A stretch of 33,773 nt of DNA from a virus (lineage: Duplodnaviria; Caudoviricetes), in IMG/VR virus record IMGVR_UViG_3300043296_000058, positions 1 to 33,773 of that record. One strand, written 5' to 3'. Positions 8,675-15,064 of this stretch are shown piece by piece (position 1 is the first letter of the stretch; each line of letters opens with the position of its first letter). Position numbers and translations under genes: made by a program. Below the pieces are notes generated by a model. The model was given only the letters and a program-made list of their open reading frames with translations. It searched no databases and was not told the origin of the DNA.

Positions 8675-8771
8675 ACTTTAGCACCTATTGAAATGAATGC
8701 AAGTATTAATCATAAAAAAGTTAATATGTTTATTAATTGATTTATCGCCCTTATTAAGCTAATGTTTAGCT
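8675..8771. promoter_or_regulatory. Divergent sigma70-like promoter pair with palindromic operator
   Basis: Leftward TTGCAT(8702-8697)-16-TAAAGT(8680-8675) with TGn. Rightward TTGATT(8737-8742)-17-TAATGT(8760-8765). Palindrome AGCTAA-TGT-TTAGCT (8757-8771) covers the rightward -10. Confidence 0.6.
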
Positions 8772-8795
8772 AACTTAAATAAAAAGGAAATACCC

Positions 8796-8981
8796 ATGTC
8801 AGAAAAAGTCAAAGCATCAACGGTTACATTACCTGGTTACACAATGGTTCAATTACGCCAGATATCATCTAAACGTAAAGGTGATAAAAATCTTGCTTGG
8901 TCACATGACAACATTGTTATCGAGTTAATCAATAAAGAAGCTAAAAAAATTAGTAGGGTGGTAAGCTATGAACGCACTTAA
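8796..8981 (+). CDS. Putative ribbon-helix-helix (Arc/CopG-like) regulator
   Basis: 61 aa; STVTLP strand followed by two predicted helices (..SHDNIVIELINKEA); AAGGA RBS. Confidence 0.55.
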   Translation: MSEKVKASTVTLPGYTMVQLRQISSKRKGDKNLAWSHDNIVIELINKEAKKISRVVSYERT

Positions 8982-9023
8982 CAAACTACTTAAGCTTATT
9001 GATGATTTATTATTTTAAGGGAA

Positions 9024-9434
9024 ATGGATATGCGACAAATTAAATTTCGTGCTTGGGATAAAGAGGCTAACTACTTCTTGAATGATTTTGTTATTGATAA
9101 TAGTGGTGATATTATTTGTTTTGATACTGATGGTGTCGCTACGATTGTTGACGCTGAATTAATGCAGTTCACCGGATTACAAGATAAGAGCGGTGTAGAT
9201 ATTTATGAAGGAGATATTGTTAGCGCGAGAGTTTTAGATAAAGATGCTGGTAATGGTACTTGTATTTATAGAAATCTCACCGTTGAATTTGTTGATCATA
9301 TGTCGCATTGTGGGTATAAATTTTACGGTAGTAATAGAAGATTTAATGTTAGAGCTACCCCTTTCTTTATTGTTAGTAATGATGTTAGTCGTATCGGTAA
9401 CATTCATTCTGACCCTGAACTACTGGAGCAATAA
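9024..9434 (+). CDS. YopX family protein
   Basis: RQIKFRAWDK...LMQFTGLQDKSGVDIYEGDIV...IGNIHSDPELLE. Confidence 0.93.
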   Translation: MDMRQIKFRAWDKEANYFLNDFVIDNSGDIICFDTDGVATIVDAELMQFTGLQDKSGVDIYEGDIVSARVLDKDAGNGTCIYRNLTVEFVDHMSHCGYKFYGSNRRFNVRATPFFIVSNDVSRIGNIHSDPELLEQ

Positions 9435-9435
9435 C

Positions 9436-9582
9436 ATGAACAAAGACTTTACTTATAAAGACGCTGTTAACTGGGTTGACGTTGTAGAGTGCAACTATTT
9501 ACAGCAGGGCCATCGTGATGATAGAAGTTGTTTTGATTCTTTTGAGGAATTAATGGTTGAATTAAAGGAGATACGCAAATGA
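9436..9582 (+). CDS. 48-aa hypothetical protein (start corrected from 9244)
   Basis: MNKDFTYKDAVNW...; GGAG RBS upstream of ATG 9436. Confidence 0.7.
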   Translation: MNKDFTYKDAVNWVDVVECNYLQQGHRDDRSCFDSFEELMVELKEIRK

Positions 9583-9776
9583 AATGTAATCTAGCTACAG
9601 ACGAACTGCTTGATAATATAATTGAAATTATCGAATCAGAAACTAAACCTGGCTCTAAAAGGCTTGACAATAAATCAGAAGCATGGCGGAAGGTTGATGC
9701 TATGCGTGACAAGCTAGACCTTGAGAAGGAGGTTGATATCGACAGTAATTTGAAAGATTTTGCCAAGACTCTATGA
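9579..9776 (+). CDS. Hypothetical protein
   Basis: AAGGAG RBS, ATGA coupling. Confidence 0.75.
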   Translation: MKCNLATDELLDNIIEIIESETKPGSKRLDNKSEAWRKVDAMRDKLDLEKEVDIDSNLKDFAKTL

Positions 9777-9940
9777 ATGAATTAGACAAGCAATTCGAGG
9801 AGTTAATTTCGTGGCTAAATAGGTCGTTCCGCAAAATTGATGAACTTGAAAATAAGCTTGATGAAGTTGAAAGTAAAAGTATAGGGAGGTTTATGGCAGA
9901 TTGGATAATGTCAGTGGTTTATAATTTAATAAGAAGATAG
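9773..9940 (+). CDS. 55-aa coiled-coil hypothetical protein (not in ORF track)
   Basis: MNELDKQFEELISWLNRSFRKIDELENKLDEVESKSIGRFMADWIMSVVYNLIRR; ATGA coupling; ends at a terminator. Confidence 0.65.
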   Translation: MNELDKQFEELISWLNRSFRKIDELENKLDEVESKSIGRFMADWIMSVVYNLIRR

Positions 9941-9960
9941 GCTCATTACGAGCCTTTTTA
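9939..9960 (+). terminator. Intrinsic terminator between convergent units
   Basis: AGGCTC-ATTAC-GAGCCT followed by TTTT. Confidence 0.75.
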
Positions 9961-9964
9961 TTAT

Positions 9965-10117
9965 CTAAACGCCTGTAAATCCGTTATCAATACCACCACC
10001 AGCGCCGTGAATATTACCTGAGCCACCACCGATACCAAGTAGCTTATCACCCATGACCCCCTCACCGCTAACCCATGATTTTTCTTCATAACCGTGTATA
10101 TCGTTCCACTCTTTCAT
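9965..10117 (-). CDS. 50-aa Gly-rich peptide (not in ORF track)
   Basis: MKEWNDIHGYEEKSWVSGEGVMGDKLLGIGGGSGNIHGAGGGIDNGFTGV; strong AGGAG RBS. Confidence 0.7.
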   Translation of the reverse strand: MKEWNDIHGYEEKSWVSGEGVMGDKLLGIGGGSGNIHGAGGGIDNGFTGV

Positions 10118-10131
10118 AATATCAATCTCCT

Positions 10132-10240
10132 ATTTAGTACACTACTCGAAATCACGCTAAGGATTTCACAATCACTGCAAGAGTGTCTTACTGTTAACTC
10201 TGTGATAACCACTAAACGCATTGAGTAATGTTTCAAGACA
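10132..10240 (-). ncRNA. Putative structured 5' leader RNA (multibranch with pseudoknot)
   Basis: Helices ACAUUACUC/GAGUAGUGU, AUCAC/GUGAU, AGAGU/ACUCU, GAAAUC/GAUUUC, and pseudoknot GUUUAGU/ACUAAAU next to the SD. Confidence 0.5.
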
Positions 10241-10245
10241 ACCCT

Positions 10246-10254
10246 ATTATACCA
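10246..10254 (-). promoter_or_regulatory. Extended -10 promoter for the leader and Gly-rich peptide
   Basis: Consensus TGG-TATAAT. Confidence 0.65.
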
Positions 10255-10298
10255 AAAAACACCGGCTAAGACTCGTTATTCTTTAATCACATTACTCG

Positions 10299-10910
10299 TT
10301 ATTCCATATCCTCGAACATCTCAATAACATCTTCACATAAAGGAGATCGAAAACATTTAGCTTCAGCAAAGTCTATAACGTTCATATTTTTATGTTTCAA
10401 CATGCCGTGATAAACCTTTTCTAAGCCTGAGCTTCTCTGGTTGTCACTGGTTTGTTTTAAATCTCCAGTTATCGCCATGCGTGTTTTTTTGCCTGTTCTA
10501 GTCATGAGTACATATAATTCGTTAAGTGTGCAGTTTTCAGCTTCATCAAGTATTAAAAATTCGCCGTCAATTGTGCGGCCTTGTAAGTGCTCGAAACTGG
10601 CAAAGGTAATAAATCCTTTTTCTGGGCATAGTGCTGCGGCTGGGAATACACCTAAATCAATCAATATGTCGGTTATATTTGCCATCCACGGATCAACTTT
10701 CTTATCCAGTTCTCCAGGCAGGAAACCGTAGCTTTTACCAAAGCTCACTGGTGGTCTAACAATGGTGATGTGGTAGTCTTTTTCGATTGCTGATTGCAGT
10801 GCTGCGCGGGTTTTTCCTGTTCCTGGTGGCCCTATTAGAAGTGTTATTGAATCTTTTTCTGTTTGCATTGCGCGCATTGCGCTTTGGTATATTTCGCCGC
10901 TGTCTCTCAT
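10299..10910 (-). CDS. phoH: PhoH-like ATPase
   Basis: GPPGTGKT, RP, GFLPGELDKK..PW, QGRT, ILDEAEN, TRTG, GDLKQ. Confidence 0.93.
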   Translation of the reverse strand: MRDSGEIYQSAMRAMQTEKDSITLLIGPPGTGKTRAALQSAIEKDYHITIVRPPVSFGKSYGFLPGELDKKVDPWMANITDILIDLGVFPAAALCPEKGFITFASFEHLQGRTIDGEFLILDEAENCTLNELYVLMTRTGKKTRMAITGDLKQTSDNQRSSGLEKVYHGMLKHKNMNVIDFAEAKCFRSPLCEDVIEMFEDME

Positions 10911-10976
10911 ATCCGCACCTTTTTGGTTAAATCTGATACTAGGGTTAGTTTACTATTTAATGGTGTTAATGTCTCT

Positions 10977-11165
10977 TTACTCCTTATTGGTTAAAGATTC
11001 TAGCTTTTTCATTATTGATGAACCTACGCTAAATATTATACTTATAACTAAAAAAAATAATATTCCTAGCGAATACTTGTCGACAACCAACATATACACA
11101 AAGGCAATTAATGCCAGATAAAAATGTATTTTTGACCAAACTTCCATCGCTTTGCTATTCATCAT
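10977..11165 (-). CDS. Small two-TM membrane protein
   Basis: 62 aa, hydrophobic, GGAG RBS. Confidence 0.7.
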   Translation of the reverse strand: MMNSKAMEVWSKIHFYLALIAFVYMLVVDKYSLGILFFLVISIIFSVGSSIMKKLESLTNKE

Positions 11166-11186
11166 CTCTTTACTCCATTACGTTAA

Positions 11187-11357
11187 TTAATCTTGTTGAT
11201 TACAAAATAATTCTATCTTTTTAAGCTCTAGAATACCCATTACAGCAACTAAAGATAATTCGCCATCATACTCACATATTAAGTCTGTAATCCTTCCAAT
11301 TAATTCAGCCTCTTTAGTAAATACCTTTTCTTTATTTAAACTTTTAATGTTTCCCAT
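11187..11357 (-). CDS. 56-aa hypothetical protein (not in ORF track)
   Basis: MGNIKSLNKEKVFTKEAELIGRITDLICEYDGELSLVAVMGILELKKIELFCNQQD; GGAG RBS. Confidence 0.7.
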   Translation of the reverse strand: MGNIKSLNKEKVFTKEAELIGRITDLICEYDGELSLVAVMGILELKKIELFCNQQD

Positions 11358-11386
11358 TTGTGTTTCTCCGTAACTTACAATTAAAA

Positions 11387-11569
11387 TTATAATTGTCTTA
11401 TTTCTGAATTAAAAAGCTTTGCCAAACCAAATGCGCCCATAGCCATTAAACTATATTTCATCAGTTTCATGTGATGTTTTCTTTTTGTTTTTGTTGGAGC
11501 GCACATAGCCCTATCTCTTTTTCTGGCAAGGTTATATATCTCTTGATGCATATTGTTAGCGTAGTTCAT
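11387..11569 (-). CDS. Basic hypothetical protein
   Basis: 60 aa, AGGGA RBS. Confidence 0.7.
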   Translation of the reverse strand: MNYANNMHQEIYNLARKRDRAMCAPTKTKRKHHMKLMKYSLMAMGAFGLAKLFNSEIRQL

Positions 11570-11592
11570 TTCTATTCCCTATAGTGTGACAA

Positions 11593-12297
11593 TTAATGGC
11601 CATGAATAACTAGGACCACTTCGCCATCATCTAAATACTTTTTAATTTCTAGCTGATAAAGTTCTGCAGTATCTTTCTGCTCCCAAACTCTATTGGCCCC
11701 GTTTGGTATTTTTGTTCTACGAATATTTTCAACAGTAAAATTTAATAAGCCTCCTTTTCTGTTAGTGGCCACGCTAATTAACTTTGCAAACTCCCACTTG
11801 GCCACGTGCTTTTTATTAGGGTTGAATGAATTTACAGTATCAATACATTCCATCGTGAACCATTCGCCTAGAATATGAAACTGCTTACAGGCCCTATGAA
11901 GCTTTTTCTCTATCTTAACTGCTTCTGCAGGCGTATTGGCTATGTAGTAACTCCAAAGTAAAACTAACTTAACTGGGTTCGCTGTCTGCAGTGATTTTAA
12001 TCTAGATTTCACATTGCTAGACATTCCCAGTTTAATTTGCTGGCCATTACTGATCGCATATAAATAATGCTTCTTGGCCACTGCAGGTTTTTTCTTTACA
12101 TAGGTTAATTGCTTGGCCAACTTCTTTTGTGCTGCAGTAAGATAATTATTTATTTGAAACCATTTAATTAACGATACTGCTTTTTGCTTATCATCGTGGC
12201 CAGTTGTCTTGGCCAATGAAAATCGTTTTAAATTAACTATGATCATTTCTTCATAGCTTAAGTGTGATTTATACTTCTTCTTTTTAGCTTTACTCAT
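11593..12297 (-). CDS. GIY-YIG superfamily nuclease, T5orf172/MUG113 type
   Basis: YLYAISNGQQIKLGMS.NV..RL..LQTANP..L.LL...EKKLH...F...GEWF. Confidence 0.85.
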   Translation of the reverse strand: MSKAKKKKYKSHLSYEEMIIVNLKRFSLAKTTGHDDKQKAVSLIKWFQINNYLTAAQKKLAKQLTYVKKKPAVAKKHYLYAISNGQQIKLGMSSNVKSRLKSLQTANPVKLVLLWSYYIANTPAEAVKIEKKLHRACKQFHILGEWFTMECIDTVNSFNPNKKHVAKWEFAKLISVATNRKGGLLNFTVENIRRTKIPNGANRVWEQKDTAELYQLEIKKYLDDGEVVLVIHGH

Positions 12298-12885
12298 AAC
12301 TATATCCCTTTCTTATCTCTAGATACTGTAATCAAGGATAACTTCCTCTGAGTATGTAGATAATAATAATAAGGTCCCCCTAAATTAATATTTCATCATT
12401 GATAACACGGATACAAGGTAAAGCATGGCCGTGATTTATAAAGTCGTGTTTAAACTCTTACTTTCCTGAGTGTAGGGATTTTTACAAGATACCAATTAAC
12501 TTGGCAGTGTGAACTATTCGGAATTACCTAATAGTTGATAATCTGTATTGTGAAATGAGCTATGGATAGTTGATTAGTTTATCTGTCACCTAGGTTTATC
12601 AATAACCATTATCAGGACATTCGCACTAGCTCACTTCACTAATACAGACTATAGAAGAAGCTTTGAAAGGGGTTGCGCGCGGATAGTCGATTAAGTTATC
12701 TGTCATCATTCCTAAGTTCTACGCACAAAAAAGGCTTATAGTTCAGCCCTAGATAATCGGGGTGGTAAAGATACTTGTGGAAGTTAATCCCACGAATACC
12801 ATAGACCTGAACTATAAACCCTCTTACCTTTACCAATTTACAAAGCAGCTTCCACACTGCTATCAATTAAACTTCAATTGACAAT
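12298..12885 (-). ncRNA. About 590-nt structured non-coding RNA or leader with a 5' C4/CI-like module
   Basis: No ORF of 60 aa or more. A 20-bp stem (12732-12751/12802-12821) and a 21-bp stem (12542-12562/12627-12648) whose imperfections are mostly G-U pairs only on the minus strand. Several further hairpins; own promoter. Confidence 0.6.
12564..12705. repeat. Two 25-bp direct repeats (22/25 identical)
   Basis: GGATAGTTGATTAGTTTATCTGTCA (12564-12588) and GGATAGTCGATTAAGTTATCTGTCA (12681-12705). Confidence 0.9.
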
Positions 12886-12889
12886 TACT

Positions 12890-12917
12890 ATTTTACACTA
12901 ACCTTGTTTATTTTCAA
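12890..12917 (-). promoter_or_regulatory. Sigma70-like promoter driving the structured RNA
   Basis: TTGAAA(12917-12912)-16-TAAAAT(12895-12890). Confidence 0.6.
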
Positions 12918-13209
12918 GTTCTTCTTTTAGTGCTTTATTTACTTTTCCGAGTGCTTCACTGGTTGTAACGAATCTTTTTCTAAGCTCGTCACCATCATTA
13001 ACTAGCCACTCTATACTTCCAATTAAGTCAATAGCTAACTTTCTCCCCTTCTCGTCATCACATGAGGCTGCTCTTTTTAAGTAATCAACCAGTTTGTCAT
13101 CTGAAAATGTCCATTCGCCATGATTTTTTGACTGATTGACAAAATCCAAGACACTGCCGAACCTTCCTACTTGGTGTCGCTCTAATATTGTTTCTTTTAA
13201 ATCACTCAT
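12898..13209 (-). CDS. Hypothetical protein
   Basis: 103 aa, GAGG RBS, coiled-coil C-terminus. Confidence 0.75.
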   Translation of the reverse strand: MSDLKETILERHQVGRFGSVLDFVNQSKNHGEWTFSDDKLVDYLKRAASCDDEKGRKLAIDLIGSIEWLVNDGDELRKRFVTTSEALGKVNKALKEELENKQG

Positions 13210-13212
13210 ACA

Positions 13213-13401
13213 CTAACCTCTTTTGTTTTTAAGTTTCTGTTGCAACCTGTTAATTTTCATCTTTAACCGTGATATTTCATCCTTCTGCTCAAGTATCAGT
13301 TCAGCATCCATTGCTAGCACCTTTTGAAACTGCGCCTCTGTCATTGGCATTTTATCGCCCTTCTTTGGGGTTAGTGCCAGTTCGTGCCATTTCTTACTCA
13401 T
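13213..13401 (-). CDS. Hypothetical coiled-coil protein
   Basis: Start at ATG 13401 (MSKKWHEL...), AAGGAG RBS. Confidence 0.7.
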   Translation of the reverse strand: MSKKWHELALTPKKGDKMPMTEAQFQKVLAMDAELILEQKDEISRLKMKINRLQQKLKNKRG

Positions 13402-13405
13402 TGCT

Positions 13406-13588
13406 CTATAGCTCCTTAACTGCAAATTCTGGAAATTCTAAATCCATAATTCTTAACTCTAATTCAGATGAAGCACAACCGCCATCCCACTTTAAATCAC
13501 AATCCTTACAGCCAATAGTATTGCAAGTTCCTAGTATTATGTTTTTACTTCTTTCCCGTAAATCTTTTAACTCTGCTGATTCATTCAT
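13406..13588 (-). CDS. Small Cys-rich hypothetical protein
   Basis: CNTIGCKDC...C; GAGG RBS. Confidence 0.7.
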   Translation of the reverse strand: MNESAELKDLRERSKNIILGTCNTIGCKDCDLKWDGGCASSELELRIMDLEFPEFAVKEL

Positions 13589-13591
13589 TAT

Positions 13592-13666
13592 TCATTCCTC
13601 TTCTGTAAATACTAGCTCTAATAAAGCCAGCAATAAAATAGACCATGTAAATATCAATTCAATCAT
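13592..13666 (-). CDS. 24-aa hydrophobic micropeptide (not in ORF track)
   Basis: MIELIFTWSILLLALLELVFTEEE; ATGA coupling with the upstream ORF. Confidence 0.5.
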   Translation of the reverse strand: MIELIFTWSILLLALLELVFTEEE

Positions 13667-13842
13667 GATTTAATGCTCACATGAAAATTCTTCGACATTA
13701 CTTTGAAAAATTCAATACTGATAGCGCGATGCACAAGCTCTGGAACGCTAAGATTTAACTTTTTAGCTGCTCCTAGTACGCCTAAGTCTCTTAGTGCGTC
13801 ATATGCCATGATGTTTTGTTGTACTGCTTGTGATACGTTCAT
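13663..13842 (-). CDS. 59-aa hypothetical protein, possible HTH (not in ORF track)
   Basis: MNVSQAVQQNIMAYDALRDLGVLGAAKKLNLSVPELVHRAISIEFF...; AAGGAG RBS. Confidence 0.7.
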   Translation of the reverse strand: MNVSQAVQQNIMAYDALRDLGVLGAAKKLNLSVPELVHRAISIEFFKVMSKNFHVSIKS

Positions 13843-13865
13843 TTTAGTTCTCCTTGTTGATGGAG

Positions 13866-14240
13866 TTAAAGGTAATGCGCCTCTTCTGCATGTTTAAGTT
13901 GCTCTTTTAAAGATTGTATTTCTAAATCTTTAGGGCAAACAGGCATAACTGACAATAAGCTTTTTCTCAAACAATCCCACTTACCATCTGTTAGCGCTAT
14001 CTCGACAGTGATTTCGTTATCATCTAAAACAGATACAGACTTTTCGTTGATACGCTCAAATTTGCCAGCGATTATGTTTTCAATTACTGTTTGGCTTCTA
14101 TATTGAACATTCATGAAAGTATCATTTTCAACGTGTGGCAAAATATCAGAATAAGCGTTACTTATAGCCTCGTCAGCTTCAGCTAATATTTTCTTTCTAA
14201 AGTCATCAATAATTTCTTTTGCTTTATTTTCAATATTCAT
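13866..14240 (-). CDS. Hypothetical protein
   Basis: 124-aa ORF co-oriented within the operon. Confidence 0.75.
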   Translation of the reverse strand: MNIENKAKEIIDDFRKKILAEADEAISNAYSDILPHVENDTFMNVQYRSQTVIENIIAGKFERINEKSVSVLDDNEITVEIALTDGKWDCLRKSLLSVMPVCPKDLEIQSLKEQLKHAEEAHYL

Positions 14241-14272
14241 GTTTTCTATCTCTCTATTGGTTAGTTGTTAAA

Positions 14273-14530
14273 TTAATTAAATTCGCTTGCTAGCTTTCTT
14301 ATGTCACCTAATCGCCAATACCATTTAGTTGCCGATTTCCCTCCTAAGTGAGATCCCATTTTTAAGCCCGTACCTTTAAGGTTTATTGGTTTTGGTATGC
14401 GCCCCTTACTTACAAGCCCACTAACATCATTAATATTTTTATAATTGAAAAATTCTATTATGTCGCAAGAAAAAAGCATCGTGCTATTTGGTAACCCTTT
14501 GCACCACTCTGGGATTATCGGTTTTTTCAT
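14273..14530 (-). CDS. AlpA/excisionase-like winged-helix DNA-binding protein
   Basis: DIIEFF...LVSKGRIPKPINL...WYWRLGDIRKL pattern. Confidence 0.65.
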   Translation of the reverse strand: MKKPIIPEWCKGLPNSTMLFSCDIIEFFNYKNINDVSGLVSKGRIPKPINLKGTGLKMGSHLGGKSATKWYWRLGDIRKLASEFN

Positions 14531-14561
14531 TTTATTCGCCTTACTTGTTGTTGATAAATTA

Positions 14562-14628
14562 ATCTTAGTTCATTGGGGTTGACTTGTCTAATACTTTCTA
14601 TTATTATTTATAGAGTAAATATTAACTC
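14562..14628. promoter_or_regulatory. Overlapping divergent sigma70 promoters with palindromic operator
   Basis: Rightward TTGACT(14579-84)-17-TATTAT(14602-07). Leftward TAGACA(14590-85)-17-TAAGAT(14567-62). Near-perfect palindrome GAGTAAATATTAACTC at 14613-14628. Confidence 0.7.
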
Positions 14629-14644
14629 AATGGAAAACATATAT

Positions 14645-15064
14645 ATGAAACGTAATACAAAGATTAGTTGTGATGTAAGTAGAGAGGCCGATAATATGCT
14701 TAAGGCTTATTGTGCGAAGCATGAGCGCTCTAAAGGCTTTCTATTGGAGAAGATGATTAGAAAGTTTTGCGGTGGTGATATTGAGCCAGTGGCGGCGACT
14801 GAGGTTATCGTTGTTGAAAAGCCTAAACCTAAAGCTAAGCGCAAAGTATTTAAGCCACCAACAGTTGAAGAAGTTCGCGAGTATTGTGATTCGCGTTGTA
14901 ATGACGTTAACCCGCAAAAGTTTATTTCTCATTACACTGCAAATGGATGGGTTAGAGGTAAAGCTGAAACTAAAATTAAATGCTGGAAATCTTGCGTTCA
15001 AACTTGGGAAGGTAATAACAAGACACCAGTTAAATCAAATGAAAGTTTACAAGGGGATTGGTAA
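14645..15064 (+). CDS. RHH-like N-domain fused to a replisome-organiser (replication initiator) C-terminal domain
   Basis: N-terminal KISCDVSREADNMLKAYCAKHERSKGFLLEKMIRKF; C-terminal FKPPTVEEVREYC...PQKFISHY.ANGW..G...K.WK..V.TWE. Confidence 0.7.
   Translation: MKRNTKISCDVSREADNMLKAYCAKHERSKGFLLEKMIRKFCGGDIEPVAATEVIVVEKPKPKAKRKVFKPPTVEEVREYCDSRCNDVNPQKFISHYTANGWVRGKAETKIKCWKSCVQTWEGNNKTPVKSNESLQGDW

Noticed and set aside
10114-10221. 35-aa ORF MRLVVITELTVRHSCSDCEILSVISSSVLNRRLIL across the structured leader
   Set aside because: No RBS, and the region is better explained by base-pairing. It cannot be fully excluded as a leader peptide because its TGA overlaps the downstream ATG.
10972-11176. 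Repeat TCTCTTTACTCC at 10972-10983 and 11165-11176
   Set aside because: It reads GGAGTAAAGAGA on the minus strand, a reused RBS-type junction typical of modular small phage genes.
12564-12705. CRISPR mini-array or Pho boxes (CTGTCA in both repeats)
   Set aside because: Only two full copies with a 92-nt spacer and no cas genes. The CTGTCA hexamers are not in the 11-bp tandem of a Pho box.
12298-12897. Group I intron hosting the GIY-YIG gene (GACUAU/AUAGUC resembles P7)
   Set aside because: No interrupted gene on either side, and I could not find the P/Q/R/S elements in order. An Infernal search would settle it.
12298-12897. Retron msr-msd or DGR template
   Set aside because: No reverse transcriptase in the window and no adenine-specific variant repeat noticed in the tail genes.
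14273-14530. Evidence of an integrated prophage from the Xis/AlpA-like gene
   Set aside because: No integrase, att-like tRNA fragment or host genes in the window.
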